Shown: piece after piece, positions 8,428 to 16,219 of the stretch | Layout of the letters: each line of letters begins with the position of its first letter | Position numbering within the stretch: position 1 is the first letter of the stretch | DNA from: Eubacteriales bacterium | GTDB lineage: Bacteria > Bacillota > Clostridia > Oscillospirales > CAG-272 | DNA: 64,000 bases | Direction of reading: 5' to 3' | Assembly: GCA_045586225.1 (NCBI GenBank) | Contig: JAZMZX010000128.1 | Span: 95-64,094 of the forward strand | Program-made: the position numbers and the translations under genes | The notes under the pieces: generated by a model | Seen by the model: only the letters and a program-made list of their open reading frames with translations | What the model was told of the DNA's origin: nothing | Databases searched by the model: none

Positions 8428-9051
8428 TCAGAAGTACTGTGTATTTTTATACTTTTCTTCTCTTCTACGGAGTGTTTCTTCCTGTTCAGCAGCAAGCTTT
8501 TTATATCCCCTATAGTACAAATAAATCAGCAATGCGCTCAAGAGAACATCAAAGATTCCATACACAAGGAAATCCGTTGCCGTGTACTGAAGCTTGTTGA
8601 ATATACGGTCGTGCAGTCCCAAAGGTGAAATATATAACGAATCAAACAACACAAATGAAGGATATGCCAAAAGCTGACCGAATTTATAATTGACATAGAA
8701 TCCAAAGGGTATGATCCTTAGTATCGTCCAGATGATCTCGCCGGGTAAAGCATACAAAAGAAAATCACTAAGCTGCGTTTTCTTATCAGGAACTTCTTTT
8801 TCGTAAAAATCAAACGGAACGTTTTTGATCAACATCTTCATGATCGTTGCCGGAACTATCGTCCATGCAACGATGATTATCAGATATGCACCAACAGTTG
8901 CGATAGATAGCTCCGTAATTTTGAAAATGCGCGTCATCACGATCTCGGACCAAACGTAAACAAGGATCATCATAACGGCAAAGGCACCTATCCTTGATAT
9001 AAGCGTATAGAAAAAATACTTTACGCGGTCCGCTAAACTAACACGATCCAT
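8428..9051 (-). CDS. Polytopic membrane protein, family B (copy B1)
   Basis: 207 aa with RBS gggagggg, ~5 helices and a charged tail AAEQEETLRRREEKYKN. Paralogue of 7763-8413. Confidence 0.6.
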   Translation of the reverse strand: MDRVSLADRVKYFFYTLISRIGAFAVMMILVYVWSEIVMTRIFKITELSIATVGAYLIIIVAWTIVPATIMKMLIKNVPFDFYEKEVPDKKTQLSDFLLYALPGEIIWTILRIIPFGFYVNYKFGQLLAYPSFVLFDSLYISPLGLHDRIFNKLQYTATDFLVYGIFDVLLSALLIYLYYRGYKKLAAEQEETLRRREEKYKNTQYF

Positions 9052-9069
9052 CTTCCCCTCCCACTTTGA

Positions 9070-9687
9070 TTAAAACCACATGGTTTCGTCTTTTTTGATG
9101 AGGCGGAGCGTATGTCCGCAGGTCTCGCAGACCTCCACGCCCTCCTCGTTATCGTAGCCGCAAACGACACAGTTCATAGTGTCGGGGTTGTTGTCCGGGT
9201 CGATCTGATAATATTCCGCGCCGCGGATGTGAATGATGCTCACGCCGGGGCGGTAATTCTTCAGGTAAAAGGAAAGGGCCACTCCGTCGCGGGAGTCGTC
9301 TGCCCTGCCCTCAAAGGCAACGCACCGCTCAAGCCTTCCATCCTCTGTTTCAACGTCCACGTAAACGGTGTTAACCCAGTAGCGGTTACGTGTGCCGCCC
9401 GGGGAGCGGAGGGTGGTGGCCACCTTCACATCTCTGATAACACCTGCCCACGTTCTGTCCTTCAGAAGTTCGGGAATTCCCGACAGGAAGTACACGGCAA
9501 CGAGGACCCCCAGATACACCGGCACCGTCCACAGGCGGACCTTCGTCCAGAATTCCGCCGCGTACCAGGCGAGGGCGAAAAGCGTGAAGCACACGATAGC
9601 GGCAGTCTTTACGACGCGCCTTGCGATACGTTTGCCAACGTGCTTTTTCACGTCTTGCGGTATGATTATTTCCGTCTTTTTTTGCAT
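9070..9687 (-). CDS. Two-TM protein with DUF2500-like domain and C-terminal zinc ribbon (copy A)
   Basis: Start set to ATG 9687 (RBS gaggaaag), which aligns MQKKTEIIIPQDVKKHV with MAMQTIKIPKDIKRYV of copy A'. Zinc ribbon CVVCGYDNEEGVEVCETCGH. Confidence 0.6.
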   Translation of the reverse strand: MQKKTEIIIPQDVKKHVGKRIARRVVKTAAIVCFTLFALAWYAAEFWTKVRLWTVPVYLGVLVAVYFLSGIPELLKDRTWAGVIRDVKVATTLRSPGGTRNRYWVNTVYVDVETEDGRLERCVAFEGRADDSRDGVALSFYLKNYRPGVSIIHIRGAEYYQIDPDNNPDTMNCVVCGYDNEEGVEVCETCGHTLRLIKKDETMWF

Positions 9688-9709
9688 GTAAGCTTTCCTC
9701 ACAGTCTCT

Positions 9710-10075
9710 TTACCACGAACGTTCAAAGCCAAGGTACCGCGTTCCCTGAAAGGTCAGGCTGCCCACATCTCCTTCTGCAAGCATACCGTACTCTTCGCCG
9801 CCAACACACAGCTCGAGCCGATCACTGCTTTCAAACTGAAAGGTAACGTAATAGGTGGTATGGGTATGATGATAATGATGGCCTCCGGCACCCGTGCTGC
9901 GGTGACGAGTAACGTTGGTCCTTTTTGACACGATAGTTGCGGGAACGGTCAGGCGGGGAGAATTATTGTTTCTGTGCCATTGACCAATATCCTTCACAAC
10001 CGTAAAAATGAAAGTGCCGATCACAAAGGCAAAAACCGCTGTAAACATAACGAAAAATATCGATTCAAATCCCAT
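9710..10075 (-). CDS. DUF2500 family single-TM protein
   Basis: 121 aa with an N-terminal helix, then WHRNNNSPRLTVPATIVSKR...YYVTFQFESSDRLELCVGGEEYGMLAEGDVGSLTFQGTRYLGFER. This matches my memory of the DUF2500 consensus. RBS gggaga. Confidence 0.6.
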   Translation of the reverse strand: MGFESIFFVMFTAVFAFVIGTFIFTVVKDIGQWHRNNNSPRLTVPATIVSKRTNVTRHRSTGAGGHHYHHTHTTYYVTFQFESSDRLELCVGGEEYGMLAEGDVGSLTFQGTRYLGFERSW

Positions 10076-10095
10076 ATTTATTCTCCCGTTTGCGC

Positions 10096-10128
10096 AAAAA
10101 GGGGCACCGTTTCGTGTGCCCCTTTTTC
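10096..10128 (-). terminator. Intrinsic terminator/attenuator after the SPFH gene, ~20 nt before the DUF2500 RBS
   Basis: On the minus strand: ggggcac-acgaaacg-gtgcccc followed by ttttt. No promoter-like hexamers fit between it and ATG 10075. Confidence 0.6.
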
Positions 10129-10177
10129 TGTTTTCAATACTTCCGCATTCCCGCGGAAAACGAGCTACGCCCGTTCT

Positions 10178-11131
10178 TTAGCTCTTCATAAGCTCGGATG
10201 CGGAAACTGCAAGGCCTGCGAGAGACTGGATCTCGGAGGGGATGATGATCTTCGTTGCCTGGCCGTCTGCCACCTTTTCGAGAGCCTCGAGGCTCTTGAT
10301 AGCGATCACGCCGCTGCCGGGAGCAGATTCGTTTACCATTCTGATACCTTCAGCCGTTGCCTGCTGGATCTTGAGGATAGCCTCGGCTTCACCCTCTGCC
10401 TCGCGGATCTTTGCTTCCTTGATAGCCTCTGCGCGGAGGATAGCAGCCTGCTTTTCAGCCTCTGCTTCAAGGATCATACTTTCCTTCTTACCTTCCGCAA
10501 CGAGGACGGAGGACTTCTTTTCACCCTCTGCCTTGAGGATAGCCTCGCGGCGCTCGCGCTCCGCCTTCATCTGCTTTTCCATTGCATCCTGGATCTCTCT
10601 CGGAGGGATGATGTTCTTCAGCTCAACGCGGTTTACCTTGATACCCCAGGGATCGGTAACCTCGTCGAGGATGGATCTCATCTTCACGTTGATAACGTCG
10701 CGGGAGGTGAGAGTCGCGTCGAGATCAAGCTCACCGATGATGTTACGGAGAGTGGTGGAGGTGAGGTTTTCGATAGCGGCGATGGGGTTGATGTGACCGT
10801 ATGCATAAAGCTTGCAGTCGGTGATCTGATAGAATACGACGGTGTCGATCTGCATTCTTACGTTATCCTTGGTGATAACGGGCTGGGGCGGGAAGTCTGC
10901 CACCTGCTCCATGAGGATCACGTTCTTTGCGATGCGATCGATAAAGGGGAACTTAAAGTGGATACCCGTGTCCCAGGTGGTGTGATAGCGTCCGAGGCGC
11001 TCGAGAACGCATGCACGTGCCTGAGGCACGATCTTGATATTGCTGATAATGATGATGAAAAGAACGGCTGCGATAATGATGAGAGCTGCGATTCCTCCAT
11101 CCGAAATGAGAGCTGCTTTGGTTAATAACAT
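10178..11131 (-). CDS. SPFH/Band-7 (stomatin-like) membrane scaffold protein
   Basis: N-terminal TM, then an SPFH core (IKIVPQARACVLERLGRY, NVRMQIDTVVFYQI, TLRNIIGELDLD) and an Ala/Glu/Lys coiled-coil tail. Confidence 0.85.
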   Translation of the reverse strand: MLLTKAALISDGGIAALIIIAAVLFIIIISNIKIVPQARACVLERLGRYHTTWDTGIHFKFPFIDRIAKNVILMEQVADFPPQPVITKDNVRMQIDTVVFYQITDCKLYAYGHINPIAAIENLTSTTLRNIIGELDLDATLTSRDVINVKMRSILDEVTDPWGIKVNRVELKNIIPPREIQDAMEKQMKAERERREAILKAEGEKKSSVLVAEGKKESMILEAEAEKQAAILRAEAIKEAKIREAEGEAEAILKIQQATAEGIRMVNESAPGSGVIAIKSLEALEKVADGQATKIIIPSEIQSLAGLAVSASELMKS

Positions 11132-11168
11132 GATCTTTCTCCTTTTTCAGTTAATGTGTGGATTATTG

Positions 11169-11603
11169 TCACTTTATGACGATGGCTTTTACGCCCTCGA
11201 TGCGGAGCACCGTCACCTTTTCTCCGGTGGCAATACGGTCGCCGTTTTCCGAGCGGGCGGTCCAGTGCTGACCGGCAACGGAGATCTCTCCCGCGGGCGC
11301 ATCATTATCGATGTCGGCGGTGACGACGGCAGCCTGACCGATGATACGGTCTGCGTTTGTGGGTACCTTTTCCTTTGCGGAAAGCCTATCCTTGAACACC
11401 GTTTTCGAAAGCAGCAGGGCTACAGCGCCGAGGACGATATAGGTTACGATCTGCACGGGAAGCGGGACATTGAAAATGGACAGGATCAGGCAAACAAAGC
11501 CTGCCGGCATAAACCATATGGTGGTAAGCGTTGCCGTTGCTGCTTCGACCAAAACGCTCAGAATGAGCAAAAACGTCCATACGTAAGGCATATACTCTAA
11601 CAT
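11169..11603 (-). CDS. NfeD family membrane protein
   Basis: 144 aa with three helices plus a C-terminal OB-like domain (GQAAVVTADI...GEISVAGQHWTARS...GEKVTVLRIEGVKAIV). Classic NfeD-SPFH gene pair. Confidence 0.8.
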   Translation of the reverse strand: MLEYMPYVWTFLLILSVLVEAATATLTTIWFMPAGFVCLILSIFNVPLPVQIVTYIVLGAVALLLSKTVFKDRLSAKEKVPTNADRIIGQAAVVTADIDNDAPAGEISVAGQHWTARSENGDRIATGEKVTVLRIEGVKAIVIK

Positions 11604-11652
11604 AGCGGTTCCTCCTTTCGAAAATTTAGTCCGGTTCTTTCACCTTGATTTG

Positions 11653-11681
11653 ATTATAGCACGCAGTCACTTGATTGTCAA
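11653..11681 (-). promoter_or_regulatory. Perfect consensus sigma-A promoter of the nfeD-SPFH operon
   Basis: On the minus strand: TTGACA (11681-11676), 17-nt spacer, TATAAT (11658-11653). About 45 nt upstream of the RBS aaaggagg. Confidence 0.7.
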
Positions 11682-11734
11682 GCGAATTCTGTAGAATTTT
11701 TGAAAATATTTTTTGAAAGCTCACGGGCAAATAA

Positions 11735-11772
11735 AATAACAAAAAACGCTCCCGGCAAAGCGGGAGCGTTTT
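11735..11772 (-). terminator. Intrinsic terminator of the M23 gene
   Basis: Stem aacgctcccg / cgggagcgtt (11745-11770) followed on the minus strand by a T-run. Confidence 0.7.
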
Positions 11773-11780
11773 CGCTTGTT

Positions 11781-13421
11781 TTATTCCATAGAGGGGATCT
11801 CAACGGGAGTATCCCAAAGCTTATAAATGGAAACCGGTACGTCGAATACGGTAAGACCAACGTGAGTGCGGTTCTTTGCCGCAAAGCCGGTGTCGCCGGA
11901 AAGGCCGATAACGTCGCCCTTTGCAACGGTGTCGCCAACCTTAACGGAGTTTTCGGAAAGGTGGCAGTACCAGCTCTTAAGACCCCAGCCGTGATCCACA
12001 ACGACGATATAACCGGTGGTCGTGAGGTAGCCCTCGTATACGACCTGTCCTGCGTTAACGGCGTAGACCTCGGTTCCCTTGGGAACGTTATAGTCGCAGC
12101 CCGTGTGACGGAACTTGGTGCCCGTTTCGCTGACGGTGATGAAGCGGCCGAAGCCGGGAGATATCTTATCTGTGGAGCCCTTGCCCACAACGTCCTCAAG
12201 GAAGGTGCCCTCGAATGCGTGAGCGGAGAGGACCTCCTTATTTGCAATGGTGCGGAGAACGGTCTCTGCCTCTGCGATAGCCTCCTCGGTGTAGGTCGCC
12301 TTTTCAGTGGCCTTGGAGATGCTGCTGGAGCTGGAGCCGTACTTATAAGGAGTAACGGTCAGATTCATCGTCTGGACCGTGGTTCCGTAGGTGATGGTGA
12401 AGGTGAGGTTCTGCTCGGAGCCGCTTTCAAGCTCGTAGCTGATGGGCACCAGCGCGTACACATACTCGCCCTCTGCGAAGAACTTGGGTGTGAAATTGAT
12501 GGAGGGCTCGGAGGTAAATGCGATCTTGGAAACGTCGTCCACGTTCTTGCCGCCGATGCAGACGAACTTGCCGTTTTCAACGGTGGTCTGTCCCAGATAG
12601 AACACAGCGGGATCGACGATATCGCCGATGAAGGTGTAGGTGGCGGAGCCGTAGTAGCTCTTGTCTGCCGACTGATACCATTCAGCGCTTACGTCAACGG
12701 TGAAGTTATCGGCGTTGCCGAGGGAGAGCGAGCCGATGTTTTCGATGGAATCGGAGAAGATCACGTTTTCGCCGTCCTTGACGGTGATCTTCACGTAATC
12801 GGGCATGCTGGAGAATCCAATGTCGAATCCGCCGTCGATAACGCAGGTGAGCACCTCCTCGGAGGTCATACCCGTCGTATCGAGGGGAGCAAAGGTTCCG
12901 TCATAGGTGGTATAGTTCCACACCCAGGATGCGGGGGTGATGTAAGTCTCACCGACGATGAGCTGAGGCGTGGATGCGCCGCCATAGAGGCACGCGGAAT
13001 ACTTCGTCTTCAGGAATGCGGAGGCATCCTCGGAGCTAATCTTATACACGAGGCCTGCGGAGTCAACGATGTAGGCATCGTCGGGGCTCGTGGTGAAGTA
13101 ATACTTATATTCGGATTTGTTCTCAAAGCTTGTGATGGTGACGAGGAAGAAATCCTGCGACTTCATGGCCTCGGGAAGCTCGGCCACAGCGGTGGCTTTC
13201 GTTCTCATGCCAAGGAAGAGATTTATCATCGCCTCGGAATCCTCGGTGGGGGTTTCGGTGGAGAATTCCCACTTGGTTCCGTTCAGGTCCTCAAGCTTCA
13301 GCTTGCTGACGACCTTGCTGTCGCTGGGGTCCTTCTGCGTGGATGAATAATAACCTATAGCAACAAAAGACGGTATAAACAGCGCGATCAGCAAAAGCAC
13401 TGTGAGTATTTTTTTATTCAT
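11781..13421 (-). CDS. Membrane-anchored protein with C-terminal LytM/M23 peptidase domain (possibly degenerate)
   Basis: 546 aa with N-terminal anchor ILTVLLLIALFIPSFVAIG. The C-terminus has HTGCDY (HxxxD), WYCHLS and GDTGFAAKNRTHVGLTV, where the usual HxH reads HVG. Confidence 0.7.
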   Translation of the reverse strand: MNKKILTVLLLIALFIPSFVAIGYYSSTQKDPSDSKVVSKLKLEDLNGTKWEFSTETPTEDSEAMINLFLGMRTKATAVAELPEAMKSQDFFLVTITSFENKSEYKYYFTTSPDDAYIVDSAGLVYKISSEDASAFLKTKYSACLYGGASTPQLIVGETYITPASWVWNYTTYDGTFAPLDTTGMTSEEVLTCVIDGGFDIGFSSMPDYVKITVKDGENVIFSDSIENIGSLSLGNADNFTVDVSAEWYQSADKSYYGSATYTFIGDIVDPAVFYLGQTTVENGKFVCIGGKNVDDVSKIAFTSEPSINFTPKFFAEGEYVYALVPISYELESGSEQNLTFTITYGTTVQTMNLTVTPYKYGSSSSSISKATEKATYTEEAIAEAETVLRTIANKEVLSAHAFEGTFLEDVVGKGSTDKISPGFGRFITVSETGTKFRHTGCDYNVPKGTEVYAVNAGQVVYEGYLTTTGYIVVVDHGWGLKSWYCHLSENSVKVGDTVAKGDVIGLSGDTGFAAKNRTHVGLTVFDVPVSIYKLWDTPVEIPSME

Positions 13422-13585
13422 AAGATGTCCCTCTTATTATTCTGCGCGGGCACCGACGGTGTACTGCGCAAGAAACGATATAGTTTGCACATATTAAGTT
13501 TATTATACCCCAAAAATCGACTTCGGTCAATAGCTGATGGCCCACTCCATCCATATAAGATTTATAAAATATGCGATTTTTTTGT

Positions 13586-13613
13586 TTGCACTCGGCAAAA
13601 TATGTGCTATAAT
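13586..13613 (+). promoter_or_regulatory. Candidate sigma-A promoter of nrdR
   Basis: TTGCAC (13586-13591), 16-nt spacer, TATAAT (13608-13613) with TGc extended -10. Confidence 0.55.
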
Positions 13614-13687
13614 GTATGAAGCGAGGTATGTCGTCTCGTAAAACCAACGATAAAACTACTCTCTTCACAGGAGCCGGAGGTCAACTT

Positions 13688-14143
13688 ATGAAATGTCCCG
13701 TTTGCGGATATCCCGAAAGCAAGGTCGTAGATTCAAGACCCGCAAGTGATTTTTCAAGTATCAGACGTCGCCGCGAGTGTCTTCAGTGCCAGCGCAGGTT
13801 CACCACCTACGAGGTTGTTGATACCGTTCATCCCGTCGTTATAAAGAGAGACGGCTCCAAGGAGCTGTTCGATAAAAATAAGCTTCTTGTGGGAATCATC
13901 AAGGCTTGCGAAAAGCGCCCCGTCAAGGCTGAGCTTATCGCAAACGATATCGAAGCCGCCCTCAACGGTTCTTTGAACAGAGAGATCTCCTCCGCAGACC
14001 TTGGAGAGATGGTGCTCGACAGGCTGAAGCACGAGGACCCTGTGGCATACGTGCGCTTTGCCTCCGTCCACAGAGAATTCAAGGACATGGAGACCTTCAT
14101 TGAAGAGATAAGAAAGCTTCGCTCAGAAGAAAAACCCGAATAA
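13688..14143 (+). CDS. nrdR: Transcriptional repressor NrdR
   Basis: MKCPVCGYPESKVVDSRP...RRRRECLQCQRRFTTYE zinc ribbon plus an ATP-cone. ATG 13688 with RBS ggagg; the tracked start 13616 is rejected. Confidence 0.9.
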   Translation: MKCPVCGYPESKVVDSRPASDFSSIRRRRECLQCQRRFTTYEVVDTVHPVVIKRDGSKELFDKNKLLVGIIKACEKRPVKAELIANDIEAALNGSLNREISSADLGEMVLDRLKHEDPVAYVRFASVHREFKDMETFIEEIRKLRSEEKPE

Positions 14144-14158
14144 GATCAAAAGCTATCT

Positions 14159-14188
14159 CGGGCTGATGTAAAAGTCAGCCCGTTTTTA
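14159..14188 (+). terminator. Intrinsic terminator after nrdR
   Basis: Stem cgggctga / tcagcccg (14159-14182) followed by ttttt. It ends 12 nt before the next start codon. Confidence 0.6.
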
Positions 14189-14199
14189 CCGCAATCAGA

Positions 14200-16176
14200 A
14201 TGGAAGAAAACAAAAATCAAAATACCCAAAGCATAAAGGAGCGGCTTTCCTCCGTGCCCGCGGTGGTGTGGCTGACGGTGCTTGCCTCCGTTATCATTAT
14301 CGCGGCAACGGTCACTGCGCTCTGCCTCAGCCGGCAAGGAGCCCCCACCGACACGGACGCCACCGGCACGGAAAGCGGATATCAGAGCAGCGACACCGTA
14401 CTGACCGAGGATTCGGTTTATCCGCCTCCCGGTGACGGCAGTGAAACGGAAACCGAATCGCAAACAGACAAGGACACCGAAGACGGTACTGACACGGAAG
14501 CCGACACCGAAACGGTCACCGACACCGAAGGTGAAAGCGAAACCGAAACTGAAACTGAAACTGAGACCGAGCTTCCCGAGACCGTTCTCGGCGAGCTTTC
14601 GGTAAAGGGCGATTACGTTCCCTCCGACGACGCTCTCACGGCACTTTACGATGCCCTCGAGAACTACGGCTACAAGGTGGGCTTCACCGCCGTTGACATC
14701 AAAACGGGGATGACCCTTTCCTACAACGCAAAAACGAGATTCGAAAGTGCCAGCATCATAAAAGCCGCGTACGTATATTACGTATGCACCCTTATCGATA
14801 AGGGCGAGGCCTCCCTCGACGACGTTATCGTTTACACGGAGGCAGATGCCGTGCACCGCAACGGCACCATCGGAAAATCCGCCTTCGGCACCGAATACTC
14901 CCTCCGCGACGTTATCAAATACACGGTCAAGAAAAGCGATAACGAGGGCTACTACATGCTGGTACGCACCTTCGGACGCAGCGGATACGATAAGTTTGTG
15001 AAGTCATTGGGCGCCGGGTCCTGCACCATCTCATCGTCCAGATGGCCTAAGGTGAAGCCTGCAGACTTCGCTCTCGTCTGGAAACAGATATACAACTACA
15101 GAAACGATTCCGACACAGGCGAGTGGCTCTACGACCTTTTCCTGAATATCGATTATAAGCACTTTTTCAAGGACGCCCTTTCACTGAAAACCGCAAACAA
15201 GGCAGGCTGGAACGACGAAAGCTACAACGACAGCGGCATCGTTTACGGCGACAGGACCTACATATTCGTGCTCCTTGCCGACGCAAGCTATTACGATTCG
15301 TCCACGAAGCTTTATAACAAGATCATCAAAGCCGTGAACGCTATGATGTCCGAGTACGCAGACAGCATCGACGAAGACGGCACCGTCACAACGGAGCCCG
15401 AGCCCGAGACCACAAAGCCCGAGCCCGAGACCACAAAGCCCGAGCCCGAGACCACAAAGCCCGAGCCTGAAACCACGAAGCCCGAGCCTGAAACCACGAA
15501 GCCCGAGCCTGAAACCACGAAGCCCGAGCCCGAAACTACAAAGCCCGAGCCCGAAACTACAAAGCCCGAGCCCGAGACCACAAAGCCCGAGCCTGAAACT
15601 ACGAAGCCCGAGCCCGAAACTACGGAGCCCGAGCCCGAAACTACGGAGTCGGAATCCGTGACCACGGAAACCGAAACCGAGACCGAGACCGAGTCGGAAA
15701 CGAAAACCGAAACCGATGCGGAGATAACGGAAACGGAGCCCGAAGCGGTGGTTCCCGAGGAAACGCCCTTCCCCGCTGCCATGACTGCGGAGCAGTATGA
15801 AAACCTCATAAACGAAGCAGAAAAGTATCTTGGCAAGAAATACACCTGGGGCGGCTCCACACCCGCCACCGGCTTCGACTGCTCAGGATTCATTTCCTAC
15901 GTTGTGAACAACTGCGGAAACGGATGGAGCATCGGACGCAAATCCTCCAAGACCCTCTATTCCATCTGCACAAAGGTAAGCAGCAGCGAAGTGCAGCCGG
16001 GCGACCTTGTGTTCTTCACCGGCACATATGACACAAAGGGCGTCAGCCACGTGGGCTTTTACGTTGGAAACGGAAAAATGCTCCACTGCGGCGACCCGAT
16101 CTCATACGTTTCTCTCAGCATCGATTACTGGCAGGATCATTTTTACTGCTACGGCAGATTCAATTTTCTCACATAA
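14200..16176 (+). CDS. Membrane-anchored fusion: class-A beta-lactamase/PBP-fold domain + PEPETTK linker + NlpC/P60 endopeptidase
   Basis: TM helix [22 protein letters not shown] and an acidic T/E/D-rich segment. Serine-hydrolase motifs SIIK (SxxK), SDN and KAG. Twelve 7-aa repeats. The NlpC/P60 domain has DCSGFISYV (Cys) and [17 protein letters not shown] (His). Confidence 0.75.
   Translation: MEENKNQNTQSIKERLSSVPAVVWLTVLASVIIIAATVTALCLSRQGAPTDTDATGTESGYQSSDTVLTEDSVYPPPGDGSETETESQTDKDTEDGTDTEADTETVTDTEGESETETETETETELPETVLGELSVKGDYVPSDDALTALYDALENYGYKVGFTAVDIKTGMTLSYNAKTRFESASIIKAAYVYYVCTLIDKGEASLDDVIVYTEADAVHRNGTIGKSAFGTEYSLRDVIKYTVKKSDNEGYYMLVRTFGRSGYDKFVKSLGAGSCTISSSRWPKVKPADFALVWKQIYNYRNDSDTGEWLYDLFLNIDYKHFFKDALSLKTANKAGWNDESYNDSGIVYGDRTYIFVLLADASYYDSSTKLYNKIIKAVNAMMSEYADSIDEDGTVTTEPEPETTKPEPETTKPEPETTKPEPETTKPEPETTKPEPETTKPEPETTKPEPETTKPEPETTKPEPETTKPEPETTEPEPETTESESVTTETETETETESETKTETDAEITETEPEAVVPEETPFPAAMTAEQYENLINEAEKYLGKKYTWGGSTPATGFDCSGFISYVVNNCGNGWSIGRKSSKTLYSICTKVSSSEVQPGDLVFFTGTYDTKGVSHVGFYVGNGKMLHCGDPISYVSLSIDYWQDHFYCYGRFNFLT
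15397..15648 (+). repeat. 12 x 21-bp in-frame tandem repeat encoding PEPETT[K/E]
   Basis: Counted unit by unit. Units 1-3 and 9 are cccgagcccgagaccacaaag. Units 4-6 are cccgagcctgaaaccacgaag. Units 7-8 are cccgagcccgaaactacaaag. Unit 10 is cccgagcctgaaactacgaag. Units 11-12 are cccgagcccgaaactacggag. Confidence 0.95.
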
Positions 16177-16214
16177 AAAAACACCCCGCAGCTTCGGTTG
16201 CGGGGTTATTTTTC
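16175..16214. terminator. Bidirectional terminator between convergent genes
   Basis: Stem ccccgca / tgcgggg (16184-16205) with an A-run before and a T-rich run after. Confidence 0.6.
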
Positions 16215-16219
16215 TTTAT

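Noticed and set aside
13485-13606. Two inverted copies of CACATATT / AATATGTG upstream of nrdR, considered as NrdR boxes (autoregulation).
   Set aside because: Each is only a partial match to the 16-bp NrdR-box palindrome as I remember it. They are ~110 bp apart rather than in the usual tandem ~32-bp phasing. One overlaps the promoter spacer and may simply be AT-rich promoter sequence.
15397-15648. Regular 21-bp direct repeats that could superficially resemble a CRISPR or minisatellite array.
   Set aside because: The units are contiguous with no spacers. They are in frame within a long ORF and differ almost only at synonymous sites, so this is a coding PEPETTK linker.
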